A stretch of 64,000 nucleotides of DNA from Phoronis australis (taxonomy: Eukaryota > Animalia > Phoronida), in NCBI GenBank assembly GCA_002633005.1, contig NMRA01000388.1, positions 248,001-312,000 of the forward strand. Direction: 5' to 3'. The notes below the pieces were generated by a model that was given only the letters and a program-made list of their open reading frames with translations, did not search any database and was not told the origin of the DNA. This document shows, piece by piece, positions 13,301 to 28,300 of this stretch. Position numbers and translations under genes: made by a program. Position 1 is the stretch's first letter. Every line of letters starts with the position of its first letter.

Positions 13301-16300
13301 CGTCATACGATCCCGAAGGGTTGGGACCAACTTCACACTTGATCTCTGTATTAGTCAAACTGGTTTGCTTACAGGGAGATGAGTTGATGGTGACCTCGAC
13401 AGTAGAGCCAAAATCATTTCCTGCCAAAGTGATCTCCTGTCCTCCCTCTCCAGAGGTTGGGCTAACGCTGGTCAACGTGGGGGTCTCGCCGTCGCTGTAC
13501 TCAAAATTCTTAGTTTCAAAATTTTTATTCGACGATCGAACAATGAGATTGGCCACACCTGCAGTGCCAGGTGGTGCACGACACTGTATTGAAGAGAAGC
13601 TAAACTGCGTGATCGGGCAATCTTTGTTGCCAATGGTGACGGATGTGGAGCCAGTACGGAAGCCATTACCTTTTATCAAGACCAGTGTTCCACCAGCAGT
13701 GCTGCCATTGACTGGTGTAACACTGTCCACCACTCTTTTGCTATAGACATAGAAGTTTGAGTTAGACTTGCCCTTGCCGGCGATGTGCACTTTCACATAG
13801 TTGTTGCCATGTTCCAGGTTAGAAGAGCTACACTGGATCAGAGTATCGGAGATGCTGGTGACGTTGCATGACACCTCATCCAAGAGAACCGTAGCTTTGG
13901 CAGGGTCTGTACCAAAATTACTGCCACTAATGTTAAGCATGAGAGGGCCAGTTGACCTGTCCGGTGAGATGGCAGACACAGTTGGTGTGCTGGTAGATTT
14001 GAAGGAAAAGTCACAAGATGGATCACAGGGGAAGGCCTTGCCACCAGCACTCAGTTGGACCGTGCCGTCGGTGTCACTTAGTTTATACGGCACCTTTGTT
14101 TTACACACCGTCTGTGTGTAGGTTGTAGACACTAGTTCACACTGGGATGGTGCTGGGAACAACGGCTGGACGTCTGTAATTAATCAGAAAGAAAGACCAT
14201 GANNNNNNNNNNNNNNNNNNNNNNNNNNNNNNNNNNNNNNNNNNNNNNNNNNNNNNNNNNNNNNNNNNNNNNNNNNNNNNNNNNNNNNNNNNNNNNNNNN
14301 NNNNNNNNNNNNNNNNNNNNNNNNNNNNNNNNNNNNNNNNNNNNNNNNNNNNNNNNNNNNNNNNNNNNNNNNNNNNNNNNNNNNNNNNNNNNNNNNNNNN
14401 NNNNNNNNNNNNNNNNNNNNNNNNNNNNNNNNNNNNNNNNNNNNNNNNNNNNNNNNNNNNNNNNNNNNNNNNNNNNNNNNNNNNNNNNNNNNNNNNNNNN
14501 NNNNNNNNNNNNNNNNNNNNNNNNNNNNNNNNNNNNNNNNNNNNNNNNNNNNNNNNNNNNNNNNNNNNNNNNNNNNNNNNNNNNNNNNNNNNNNNNNNNN
14601 NNNNNNNNNNNNNNNNNNNNNNNNNNNNNNNNNNNNNNNNNNNNNNNNNNNNNNNNNNNNNNNNNNNNNNNNNNNNNNNNNNNNNNNNNNNNNNNNNNNN
14701 NNNNNNNNNNNNNNNNNNNNNNNNNNNNNNNNNTCATATCACCTTTACGTCAGAAAATCTTAATGTATAGCAATTTTTAAAGACATACCTCGCAAGATTT
14801 TCCAGAAGCAGTGTTCTCAACAACAACGAAAGTTCGGAAGCCGCTGGCAGATGGCGTTCTCTTTTCCGTCGTGCAAATGATTTTTTTATCGGTAGCAGAA
14901 GATACAATACATGGAGATCCTCCAATGTCGATGACATTGTTTGCTTTAGTTAAACTAAAAATAAACAGAAAATACAACATATGATGGCAGAGCAGTTGCC
15001 ACACTTACAGAATCGTTCTTTCAGCCATTTTGGAAATAATTTATTTGCAGCACTACTCTACACAACTGTCATGCCCGTAAATGCTAATATTCTGACCTAC
15101 TTTGTACAAGCACCATGAGTGGATTGAAGCCACAAGAAGGAGCAAAAGTTACACTGATCGTATGGGTGTAGAGGGTAAACAAAGAATCACGTGCCACGTT
15201 AATCCTGCCTTATACCTGAACCCTGATCCCGTGATGGTGACCACTGTTCCACCAGCTGTGCCTCCCATGGAAGGTTCCACTTTAGTCACCACGGGGGTGA
15301 CACTGGAAGTGTACTTGTACTTGGTTGAACTAGTCACTGATTTGCCGTCAACAGTGATGACAACGTCACAGTCTACAGTGCTGGTGCCATCTGAGCAAGA
15401 GATCAACAAATTAATTCTGTTCATGATTTTGGCAACGTGAAGAGACATTAAGGTTGCAACAACAGTATTAAATTTTTATGGATTAATTATAAAAGTTTAA
15501 ATTAAAAGAAAGAATTTCGCACAAAGAATAAATCCAAATGGAAAAGAGAAAGTTGGAAGAACATTGGAAAAAAGAACTGTTCAATACCTGGATTTGCTAA
15601 ATAAATCTGATTTTAGTATTGAGGCAAAATTCAGAAGTTTTTTTTCTTCCCAACTGATATACAAGTCATACAAAATGACATAAAACTGATGTAGTCTGTT
15701 TTCTTTATAGTCATGGAGAAACAGGCCTTCTTGAGCTAAACGAAGATTTAATTTCAGTCATTTTTGTATAATCATCACCGAGGGGCACAGCCCAAGTAGG
15801 ATTCGTCCGAACAAGTTCTCTCATGATCTTAAATAACACATTTCAGCTAATATGTAATTTAATTGTAAATTGCTTATTAAAGAACATTATAAGTGCCAAA
15901 TAGCTGATTTTCGAAATAGTCATGCCATATTGAAATTCAGTATACTGCCAGATGAGGATCAGGTCTTTGGTGCATCCATGTTCAACACCACCTACAGTAA
16001 TGTTCTCGATGCGCATGGCAGGTTTTAACCTACTGGTATGAACAGCGTTTGAACAGTCACTTTTTCTGCTATCAAAATGCCAGCAAACTTCCAATGGCAT
16101 GCAGAAAAAGGCAAACCTTTTGAAAATTCCATGGATGAAGAACATCATGTTCCATAAATTTCCCACTAGGATGAATAGTCAGCCAGTGGCTACGCTTATA
16201 AAGCAGGTGAATTTGGAGCACAGCCGATGCAATCAGAAAGTATATAGTTCAGCTCCGATACTTTAAAAGGACAAAAATCCGGCACACTTTCGCTAGAGTA

Positions 16301-19300
16301 TGAATTTCTAGTGTCCACTGAATCCTAGTTGGATCAATCAGAAGTAGTTGCTTTTACAGTTCATTACTCTAGAGAGCACCAACATGAAAAGTCTGCTATT
16401 CAAGGAACTGCTTCAAGGCTAAAGATACAGCCACAGGCATTGCACAGCCTTCTATTTGGACAGCAGCAATATACACTCAGAATTAGAAACTGCTAACGAA
16501 TAAAAAAATTGACCATCAAATCTTTAAGAACAGTGTCTCACACCACGTAATAGTACTCACTTGAAGCAGCAGTCAGACACTTGATTTGAGATGGTGTCAC
16601 AGCCATAATCTTGCACTCTTCTTCACAGATGGTAACATTTGTCTGATTCACCACAAAACCAGATCCAGCGATGGTTAAAGTGTTCCCACCACACTGACTT
16701 CCTGTAATGAGCAAGAAAAGAACGCTTGTCAAGAAAATTACAACCAGGGACAGAAATGAAACTCTTTTTGTAGTCACTGTGTTTTTAATGTATTTCACTA
16801 ATTGTCAGTTATTAAACAAATTTATCTCAAACTCTCCCTCACCAAGTTACAAATACAGAACAAGATTCTTTGATTGTAAGGTATCATCACTCAAATGAGA
16901 ATATTTCATTATAAAAGACCTTTTATGTATTCGTGTCTTTCAGCATTCATTTTAAAAAAAGTGAAGCCCAGGGCAATTCAACTGAAACTCAAAAAATTAA
17001 TTGAAATCCTATTAATAATCAATATCCTATCCTGCTTATTTCAAAGGAACAATGTGATGACATAGCATAATTTCGGAATAAATGTTGACTACAGTTGCAC
17101 AACTTTGATAAAATATGTTTTATGCTTTCACATTAACATGAAATTGAAACTGGCATCATTAAGTCATGTACTAAGTACTTGACACTCAAACTTGCAAAGA
17201 CCCCAGTTCCATTGTTACTACGCAGGGAAGTTTTACCTGTTAGCTTAAATCCAGCCGTGTCTGATTATCATTTGAAAGCAAATGGTCATTTTGCATACAT
17301 ATAGCTATAAACCAGAGCACTGACTTCCCTTGTTTATGCAATGTAAATCTGACTCGTAACAAGGTTGATGATCTACAACTTTGAGCATAGGTGTTGTGGA
17401 AAGGAAAGCTTCTACCAAAGCAGAGCAAAGTAAAAAAAGTAAAAACAGTTTTTTGGGCCAATTACTTAACACCCCAATCGGTAATTTTAGAGGACATTCA
17501 CGTGAAATTGTCTTGAGTTCAGCTTACGGGGTTAGGATGAAAAAAACAAACTAAGTAACATAAAGTACCTGTGTTGGGTGTGATGGATGAAGCAGTGAGA
17601 ACATAACTGAACTGTACAGGTGAGGAGGCCTTCGCATAACCCTTGTTGTCAACGTACACCTGGACGTCATACGATCCCGAAGGGTTGGGACCAACTTTAC
17701 ACTTGATCTCTGTATTAGTCAAACTGGTTTGCTTACAGGGAGATGAGTTGATGGTGACCTCGACAGTAGAGCCAAAATCATTTCCTGCCAAAGTGATCTC
17801 CTGTCCTCCCTCTCCAGAGGTTGGGCTAACGCTGGTCAACGTGGGGGTCTCGCCGTCGCTGTACTCAAAATTCTTAGTTTCAAAATTTTTATTCGACGAT
17901 CGAACAATGAGATTGGCCACACCTGCAGTGCCAGGTGGTGCACGACACTGTATTGAAGAGAAGCTAAACTGTGTGATCGGGCAATCTTTGTTGCCAATGG
18001 TGACGGATGTGGAGCCAGTACGGAAGCCATTACCTTTTATCAAGACCAGTGTTCCACCAGCAGTGCTGCCATTGACTGGTGTAACACTGTCCACCACTCT
18101 TTTGCTATAGACATAGAAGTTTGAGTTAGACTTGCCCTTGCCGGCGATGTGCACTTTCACATAGTTGTTGCCATGTTCCAGGTTAGAAGAGCTACACTGG
18201 ATCAGAGTATCGGAGATGCTGGTGACGTTGCATGACACCTCATCCAAGAGAACCGTAGCTTTGGCAGGGTCTGTACCAAAATTACTGCCACTAATGTTAA
18301 GCATGAGAGGGCCAGTTGACCTGTCCGGTGAGATGGCAGACACAGTTGGTGTGCTGGTAGATTTGAAGGAAAAGTCACAAGATGGATCACAGGGGAAGGC
18401 CTTGCCACCAGCACTCAGTTGGACCGTGCCGTCGGTGTCACTTAGTTTATACGGCACCTTTGTTTTACACACCGTCTGTGTGTAGGTTGTAGACACTAGT
18501 TCACACTGGGATGGTGCTGGGAACAACGGCTGGACGTCTGTAATTAATCAGAAAGAAAGACCATGATATCGGTAGCAAGGAACATACAGCAACTCATACC
18601 ACACCTTCAACTATATATTTTAAAATTATCATCAGAAATCTATCGGTACAATATTGCCTGAAAAACAGAATTTGTACTTAGTAATTGTCTCACAGAAGGA
18701 ACAATTAAAACAGTTACAGTCAGTCAATTGGCACAGACAATGTACGGTATTCGCAACAGTGTACGGTAATATCTCATGTATTTTGGACAAAATATCAAAA
18801 TAGAACTCCAGTCCTTTTTTTCATTTTTCAAAGTCAACATTAAATTAATGTGAATAAACACAGCCATGCAGTTTCTTGAAACATTGGTTGATGGAAGCTA
18901 TGGTATAGAATTAAGCTTTTTATTTTTCATGAAACACTTGAAAAAATCAATCACACTGCTTCCTATACTGGTTGTTACGGCAACTAAGCCTTTGAAAATG
19001 ACATTGTAGGTAAATATGGAAGAGTTATAATCATTGAATAACTGAACTGTGCAGACACGTACACAATAAAGATGGATTTTGAGAACAACCTTACATAAGC
19101 AATACCAGCAAGTTTAACATGCACTACATGGAGATTCAAAGTTTTGGCAGCTGTAAGGAACATTCAGCCCAACAGTGAAGTGAAATCCTATTTATGCGTG
19201 GAGCTACTGCGTCCTACCTGCATAAGTAAGTCCGTGTCCAGAGATTGTGACTGAGGTGCCACCATTCAAGGAGCCTGTTGCTGGAGAGACACCACTGATG

Positions 19301-22300
19301 TGGGGTAGCAGAGTAAGGCTAGCATCAGATGTGGCATAGCCAGTGTTGCCCACTCTTAGAGAGAGCGTCTAGAAATGATAGGAGGTGAACAGAATTAGAG
19401 TTGATTAAACCATGGCAGAAATCTTACAGGAAGAGTGTCTGAAAATAATGGAAAGTGGTCAGAATTAGTCAGCAGTGCTATTTCTAAGAGAGTCAAATGG
19501 TTGAAATGAGCAGAAATTCCCCGTTTACAAACTGCCTAATGCACAAGTGCTTCCATAAGCACTTTCATTTCATATCAAAAACATATCATCATGTGAAGAA
19601 TAAGTGTCAGTTTTGTTACCACTTCATTGGCAGTTTGAGTTAATCCAGATTTAGTGGTATTCTCGCAAGCACTTGACTGTGTAACCAAGCAGTTTAACAT
19701 TTCAAAGGCGCTAGCTGCAAAGGGGTCACTTTCGCCAATAGTTAGCTCTGATCCTCGGCATCAATTTAAGGTTATGTAGGGCTGATAAATGGCCAGTGGG
19801 ATTCGTATGAAACTTTTAGGTAATATGCTTCATGCAATGGGCTTCAAAAATGATAACAAAGCCGCCCTGTTTCCAGCTATTACTAAGACTAGCAAGGTCT
19901 AAAGGAAAATGGACATAAACTCTTCCAACATCATGTGAGGGGAAAAAATGTTCAGGTTCCTCTTACAGTACTATAATGGAGACATAATATATATTTTGCT
20001 TGAAGCTATTGAAGGTAAAATATCAACATTCACTCTCGTATTTGCTCAGTTTCTGCTTCATATCGAATGAGTCACAGTTCCACGGTGGAAAAATCCTGTT
20101 ACTTTTTCCTCAAAATCCAAACGGAATTACCACGAAAGGGTCATTATAATAACAATAAATGTTCAGAATTAAGGTTATTCCCTTCTGAGTGTTCTAATAA
20201 TGACATATGAACACAATGGCGCTGGTAAAGTAAGAGTACTCACGCCTTCACTGAATGCCTTTATGGCCGCACTTGTGTCCAGTTTGCACTTAATCTCACT
20301 ACTGCCACTAGATGTCACTGTGCAGGAAGTGTCACCAAATTTAACCTCATTCTGGCAGTTCTTGGAGGCGAAGCCTTTTCCTTTGATTACAATCTCATCC
20401 TCGCTCGTGGCTAAACAGAATACACTTATTGGTAATGCATTGGAAACACGTCGACATGACGACCAGCCATTTGGGAATGTCTATATGACTGCACTCTATC
20501 TGTGACTTGAGGACAACCCACTTATTATCTACTGAAACCTTCACGACGCACTCATGTAAACAAATGGTCCCAAATACTGTGCTTAGTACATATTACATGT
20601 TGAAAGGCAGTTAAAGTACACCACCCCTCGTTAGCAGAGTTTGTGGACTTTTATCATTGCCAACACAAGTAGAAATAATTGCAGGCCAGGAACTATCAAC
20701 TTCACATTTCTCCACCTTTTAAGAGAAAACAATTGCCAAGGGCTCTCATTTCGACAGTAGGAATGTAAACGACATTGCTGAAACTGCTGAAGGTTTTTAC
20801 TTTCAGCATCCATAATAAATACTAACCTTTGTTATGTAATCGCTTGATGGTGATTTCGCCTGTTATCAATAACAAGCAATGCAGTGACAAAATGGGGCTC
20901 ATATACATTGAAATTAGTAATCTGATACGGGGGTAACTAAATATTAATGAGATAAAACCAAAGGTAAGAGAGTCATTTATATTTTAAAACAATGCTATTT
21001 CCATGGGAACGTCCATGTTCCAGATTTTCCTGGCTTTATGGGGAACCATAACATTTTTTGTTTTATCCATTGCAAATAAGTTCCTTGAGCTCACTAACCA
21101 TTTGTTCGAGAGACGCTGGAGACAGAAGGAGTCTTGCACATCCAGTAAGCAAAGTTGAACTTGGACGAATCGGTTCCTGTGGGTTTAGATGAAGAGCATC
21201 CAGACACCTTGTACGAGCCACCGGGACAGCCACTGTTGTCAGCACTGGCGCTACCTATTGGACACAGAACAAGTTAAGGTTATGGAGGAGCTTATCGACA
21301 AGTCTGTGGTTTAAGTTAAATAATATCTACACTTGGTAAAAAATTATACATTTTTGAGAGTGGAAAGTTTGTAGTCTGATTTTTAGTTTATAACAATTTG
21401 TCATTAATTGTGTTTTGCAAGACATGTATTCTTCGTGAAATTTAGAAAAATAAAAGGTACATTCATTGCTAAGAACAGGATGAACAACATGCCCAAATTT
21501 CATTTGAAATTATAATGAATGTCCAAAATGGAATACCAAAAATACATTAACTTATCATTTTATTTTGATTCGTTTAATACAACTTATAAACTTATCAAAG
21601 CTTTATATTTGATAGCACGTCATGCAGGTAAAAGTAGAACCTTTTAAAGCAAATCTTAACGGCATTTTGGAGAACAGTGCTCAAAGCATAGTGTGCAAAA
21701 CATACACACCACTCCGATCAACCATATCTGAGATCGGATGTTCCCAAGCTAGCTGAATTTGGACACTTTTCTAGGCTCATAGTACAACCTTAATAAGCAT
21801 ATGCCTTGCCCTATTTCTTTACTCACTTACTCATTGGTTTTTAATGCATTGAAATCATATAAGTTTACCACGACCAGTAGAACTTACGCTACAGAACTTA
21901 AGGTACCGAGCCTGGACCTACCGTAACACATAGTTGATATTCATTAAAGACAGTCTGGCACTGGACTGCTGAATGAACTTACCGCCTTTGTTGTACTCGG
22001 CTTCATGGTTGTCGACTTTCATGGTAACTGGCGCCGCAAAATCTGTTCTCGCCTCCACTGTAATGACTCCTCGCATGATGATGACAGCGCTACCCGTCGC
22101 AACATCCCCGCTCCAGTAATAGTACGTTCCGGTGCTCAGGAACTGATGCTTGAATGAGCCTGTGTGGCAATGAACTTTGAAATAGGTCTTTCTTGTAACT
22201 TAAAGGTGATAGCTTTGGTGTGTCATGGCAGTCTGATGATGGAACTCAGTTAATGTTTCACTGATTTTGCACACAATAGACTTCATTCACACAGTCGCCA

Positions 22301-25300
22301 TTTTGAAAATGGGGCTCTTTTTAGGTTTAAATAAAAATGCATTTGAGACATAAATATAGGAAAGAACAGGAAAAATTCACATTGTGCACTAAATTATGAT
22401 TAAGCCAGGAATGCATTAAACTTAGAAAGAGGCTCTTTGTAATGTGGCAACTGCGTGAATAAGGCGTACGTATTTGACGCCAACAGGAGCTGCTTCATTT
22501 TATTGTCAATTAAATTTTTATAAGACTTTAACAAGATTCTGTTTTATCCTCAGCGAGGTTTGTCCAGGATTGCGGTCCACAGACTCAAGACGATCGCCAA
22601 AATTTCTGGTAAATGTAATCACATGCTTTCCTTGTAAGGCATGAAACCACCATGCGTAGACCTGCGCTTTCACAATGTCTGTGTGTCTATAGAATGCAGA
22701 TGTCACAAAGCAAAACTTGATAAGTTGAAGAGAGGGCGTCAGCATCCAAAAAATAGAAAAATGTCAATTTGGGCATTTTGGAGAAGAGTTACGAGTGGGC
22801 ATACTGTGAGTAAATTCATCACTTTGATGGAAAATTCTGGTGATATCAGCTTGCTCAGTCAAGTCTAGAACATAATAGCGCTGCCCTATAAATGGTCTAA
22901 ACAACCCACCTTTGGCACTTCTTTCACTCTTAAAACCAGAACCGTCGTACTCCGAGGCAGCAGCTGTGGAGGTTTGTTCAACAGCATATTTTAAGCCAGT
23001 CACAAAATCTTGTACAGCCCACGTCCACTCCACATAATCGCCAACTTGGATTGTCAGACGAGGCTGGCTCCACGCGTACCCAATGCCATAATCTAACAAC
23101 AGGAAGTAAAAGCTATTGCCGAATTTACATTTGATTATGTCCTTGCTGTCCCCATATTGTTGAGGAAAAGCACAATATTCTTTTCAATATTTAGACAGAG
23201 GGTTGCATCTAATCGGCCCAATAATTTTGAGAGGTCTGAGTTCCTGTGCTTGCAAGGCAGATGTCATGCCTTTGGCCCAGGAACAATTTCTTTTAAAACT
23301 TCCTCTTTTTTTGTACATTCTTATGGAACATGGTGTGAAAAAAGAATTGTTAGAACCTTTTACTTCCATAACATCTGTCTCAAAATAATCCTTATCCTCA
23401 TAGGATTCTATTTTACAGGAAATGCATACAAGCGCCATCTTGGAATTCTCAATTCTACTGTAGGGCTGACTAATTGCAATAAACTTCATTTTTGTATCAT
23501 GGTAAGAAATATCATGCGACCAATTTTATGAGAGTAAAACTGCTAGTTCGATGATCATTTTTCAACCAGCTAAGCAATGCAGTTTTAAGACATCGATGTC
23601 CAGTTGGTGTGAAATTAGTGAAAATGTATGGGTTCAAGTGCATGACCCAAACACACACCGGGTATTACTTCTGAAATTTTTCTTGTACCTGCTAACTGGG
23701 CAGAAGGGTTTTTGCACAGAAATCTGTGGTAGGTACGTTGTGTAATTCAACATAACGTACCATTCTCCTGGAGTGTAAAAATCAAGAAATTTCCACTATC
23801 TCGATTTAATCTAGAATCACGCTCGATTAAACTTGTCAAGCACACCTTTTGTGTTAGTACACAATACTGTGGTTAAGCTGGTCAGAGCTTACAGTCATAC
23901 AAAGGAATCAACAGGTGAAAGTTAAGTCTAACTTCTCTGAAAGTCAACCGTTTTTCTCCATTCAAGTTTTTGGAGAAAAGAATTCATACAAAACACACGG
24001 CATTTGTTGAAAGCCGTTTGCAAATAGTATAAATTTTTTTTAAATATTGGTTATCGTCAGGCGCGTTGTTCACAACATAATTGATGGAATACGTGAGCTT
24101 ATCAGATGTCAAGCTGATAAGGACACGGCTGTATCTCAACTGGCCGACCAGTCAATCGGGATACTCATTCCACTGTGCGGGTGTGCAACGATTTTTACCT
24201 GGATCAATGCCTAGATGGGTAACACTATGCACTTTGAAACCGGACCCTGTGCTGCAGACTGTCTGATTGTCCGTCAGTGACTGGACACTGCACGGTGTTT
24301 TCCCCACCATCACACTGACCAGAGACTCATTGGTACCAAAACCTTCCCCTGTCAAGGTCAGCAGGGTGCCACCCTCGTTGGATCCTTCCAGGGGAGTAAC
24401 ATCGGTAACTGTCAGCTTATAGCAAAGCTGGCTGATGGAGTTGGTGCTGAAGAATCAAATTTTAAGGTTCATTTTCACAACTGTGGCATTTTCATTAGCT
24501 TCACGTTGTATTTGTTCAAGCCTAAATGCTGATGGCGTCAGTTGGGCACTTGTCCGGCACTGCTACCATGCTGATCATTCATACAGCAAAATTACTTTTA
24601 CTTTCAAGATTGTTATTCAAATGAGAGCAAAGCATTACCACTCTAGATTTGACTCAAACATTGAAAAGCTGGGTGGGTGGGATATAACATTTTTTCTTGT
24701 CTGTCTTATCTCAGAGATAGCAGTTTTTATTCATTTGAAAACCAGCGGTCAATCATACAATGCAATTCAACCTCAACATAACAGGGAAGTTGAGTCCAGT
24801 ACATGACTTATTAGTGCTTTTAGAAAACCAAGTTATGTAAGCTGAAAATTCAACTTTAATAAAACATCAAATCAGTGATCTGCATTTAAAATTTTTCAAT
24901 CCTAAATTTTGCTTAAGTTATTAGCAATCTATCACCACTTCTTACGTCAAGTCGCCGTCGCCTTTTCCATCAACAAAGACTTTGACGTCACAGCAGCCTA
25001 CAGAGTTTGGTGGTATAGTAGCGATCACAGTTGAATCGGAGACCGATGATGGAACAACCGTCTTCTTACATATACGCACACTGGTTGTTGACAAGGAGGA
25101 GCCCAGTCCTGAACCGGTGATATTGATGGTGCCCCCTCCTGGTGAGTAGAAGAACTAACATAATCAGTCAACACAACAACAACCAGCTAAAGGAAAACCT
25201 CCAAGTTTTTTTGTAACCTTGATTAATAATTTGTAAATTGTAGAAGTCATGGTAAACATTTTGATCCAAATCAGGCTGACTTTAATCAGAAATAAATCAA

Positions 25301-28300
25301 GATTTTATTTGTGATGATTTTTCACATGTTAAAACTTAGGCCAACAACGTTCATAAAGTTTGTCTTGGATTGTTCATGTCTCAAGTTTGGAGGGATTCCA
25401 ACGCTAAAAAAATTAGAATACTTGCTTAGAACAAGGATCAACCAGATGGAGCTGGCTGTTAATTTTATGCAGTGAGCGTGGTGCCAAGCATTAACAAACC
25501 ATCACTGTGACATCTAATATGTGGAATCAAGTGAGCATATTATCGTGTTGAGAGTGGAGGCATGTCAATCATCTGTTTCCCAGGCAACAAACACTAGGCG
25601 ATGGTCATAAAAGTAAACTGCTGGTAGTGCAATCCAATGAATCATTCAGAGTTATCGGCAGCTGTGAAATGGGATCCTAAACAACCACACAATTGTATTC
25701 TTGTGTCAAGTTACATGAATTTCCAATTAACGTATCCCCTGTATAAATCTGAGCTGCATTCTATATAAGCAAGAGATTCGTAAAAATGCAAAAAATCGAG
25801 TCCTTGTAGGATGTCCACACCCTTGCCAAATAAGTGAACCACTTGCTTTACTCGTGAGTCTCTTAATTGTGACTTGAGAATACAGCCCTGATCCACGTAC
25901 ATACACGGTTGTGAACTCAAATCAGGTAAAGCAACACAGACTCGTTTCAATTCATCAACTAGTTAAAACCACTAACCGACAACTGAAGACGAGACAACAC
26001 TGATCGCGTCGATGACTGGTGTCTTGAGACTCTTGTACGTGAACTGACAGTCGCCGCATGTAGCATTGCTGGCACCGTTGAAAACTGTCACACTTTCTGT
26101 AGCCCCACTGGCCTAAGAGAAAATCAATAAGCCAATAAATAACAGTGTTTAAAGCACATAATAATAGTTATTAATACTAGTTCGTGGTGTCCTTTTCATA
26201 ATATATAAAAAGGAATCAGTTAACCAGCAGCATCAATGACATGGCCAAGTTTGTTTAAGATGAAATCTCTAAAACACTGTTTAGAGTGTTCTAAGTTTCA
26301 TTTTTTTTGTTTTATGCAACTTTTTGAGTTTTTCCATGAAAATCATAAAAATTTCATTGTTTCATTGCTCCTTAGCAAATATGGAAATTTTAAAAATGCT
26401 TCATAACATCACTTTGGAGAAAAATAAAAAGCAAGAAATCTGAAAGTTTCTTATGAATCTCATCAGCCATCTCGGGGATATGATGTTCCAAAGTTACCCA
26501 ACTTTGGACATTTTTCAAGGGTCCTATGTGATAACCTTAAACTTTCTGGTGCCAGAATTTATATCTTATCATTTTTGTTGTTACGGTTTTGTAAATTTTC
26601 TTTTTTTTTCATAATCATTTGTTCAAGCCATGCTGAAAAATGTGTGGATAAAACAAATTCAATGTCACTGAATGAATCAAAGGTACAACAACCATCAATG
26701 TTCTTGTTTGCCTAACGAAGTTTGCCTTTCAGGTTCACAGCTTCCCAAAAAAAATTCATTTTTAAAGAAGTCAGCCACAGAGGTACAAAAACCAACATAT
26801 TAACTTCACTTACCACTTCTGGGCTTGTGCATACCAGGGAAGTAGGTGTTACCGTAGTAATGGAGCAGTTTTTTGAGCCAACCTGAACTGTCGACTGACT
26901 GCTAAAACCTGCCCCTGAGATTGTGATCGGCAGGCCACCTATAGCATACAGACAACAAGGGTAGTATTGATTGTGTCTCCGATTAGTTATACTAAACACT
27001 GTTAGTCAACAATACAATCATAGTAATGAAATAATTGTTCATAAGCAGAAATTTCAACATAAGTGCCTCGGGGAATTTGCAAAAGATTGAGAAGTGAATG
27101 ACAATGTTCACAACAATGCACAGTGCCAGATCATCCACTAAAGGTAAACAACTATGGTTTAGGGCCCCACCCAAAACAGGAGCACTGTGTTATAGGCACA
27201 AGGGGGCTATCAAAAGTTATGTAGGAGGAGGACCTAGTGGCAACTGGGGTTACTACAAATTACTGACGGCGCTTGGAAGCCTCATTTCAGTACTGGTTTT
27301 GTGACAAGGCTTGAATTATAAAGAATACCTTGAATTTTGTCAAAATATTGTTTATAGAGCATTTACTTATATATTTTATTAGTAAATCATAAACATTTTA
27401 ATTTTTCTCGAAATCGGACTCCAAAGCCAGGAGACATCTTACAAGTGAGACAAATTTGCACAATCAACAGAGCTCGATTTGGTGACCTATAGGTCACCAA
27501 AACAACCTTGGGTTCTGTTTGGCGACCTTGTAAAAATCCCAGGTTGCCACGAAGTCACCACATCACATCTGAGAACGCACACAAAATACAACAGGAAGTA
27601 AACACACAACGGAAGCTGAAATTACTCGCGAAAATTGGAAGGGTCCTATCATGTTTGTGTGCCTCAGGATCTGGGCTGGGAAGGAGCAGGAAATTGGTCT
27701 TCATTGATCGTGCCAAGACACTCTTCATTTTTGGTTGGAGCAAAACAAAATGCCAACAGGGCTATCTCAGATCTCATTCATTTTCCAAATATGGTTTGGC
27801 GACCTCAGTTCCTATTTGGTCACTTGGAAACTAATTGCGTAATCGCTCTGGGCGACTTGAGGTAATATGCTACGCATCAGGACCTGAATAAGAACCAGAT
27901 TATTTTCATATTGTGTACAATCAGACGAGTGTTTTCTGCTGAAGAAGAGAGGATACTTTATAAGCAAGACAGATTTTATATTTGAGAGTTTAAGGTTGAT
28001 TTCAATTTGACTGCAGCTGTTAAAGGTTAAAAATACTCTATTCACTTCATTTTAGTAAAAAATTTTCAATTTTCATACACATTGGGCGCTTAAATTGGCA
28101 ATACTTGAAATTTGGGGGTGGGTGCTTAACCCAAAGACGGTTAGCAATTAGACCAATTTAGTCAAAAATACTTCCAAATAGCCTTTCTACATGACATCAT
28201 TTCTTCAAAATAAACGCTTAAAAACAGAATTTAAAGACATTTAATTTCTAAAATCTGGTAGCACACAAACAAAACATCTCACTAATATTACTGAATCAGA

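Larger units (their letters stand above)
10990..18566. repeat. Direct duplication: copy A 10990-14202, copy B 14734-18566
   Basis: Near-identical exons and introns. Copy A ends and copy B starts exactly at the N gap. Confidence 0.95.

Noticed and set aside
14180-14780. 185-aa and 193-aa poly-X ORFs
   Set aside because: Artefacts of translating the N gap.
13279-18485. Plus-strand ORFs of 106-155 aa
   Set aside because: These are antisense shadows of PKHD1L1 exon 35 with no independent coding signal.
10990-18566. Genuine in-frame IPT-domain expansion
   Set aside because: The phase mismatch (0 vs 1) between the copies and the breakpoints at the gap edges favour an assembly artefact.
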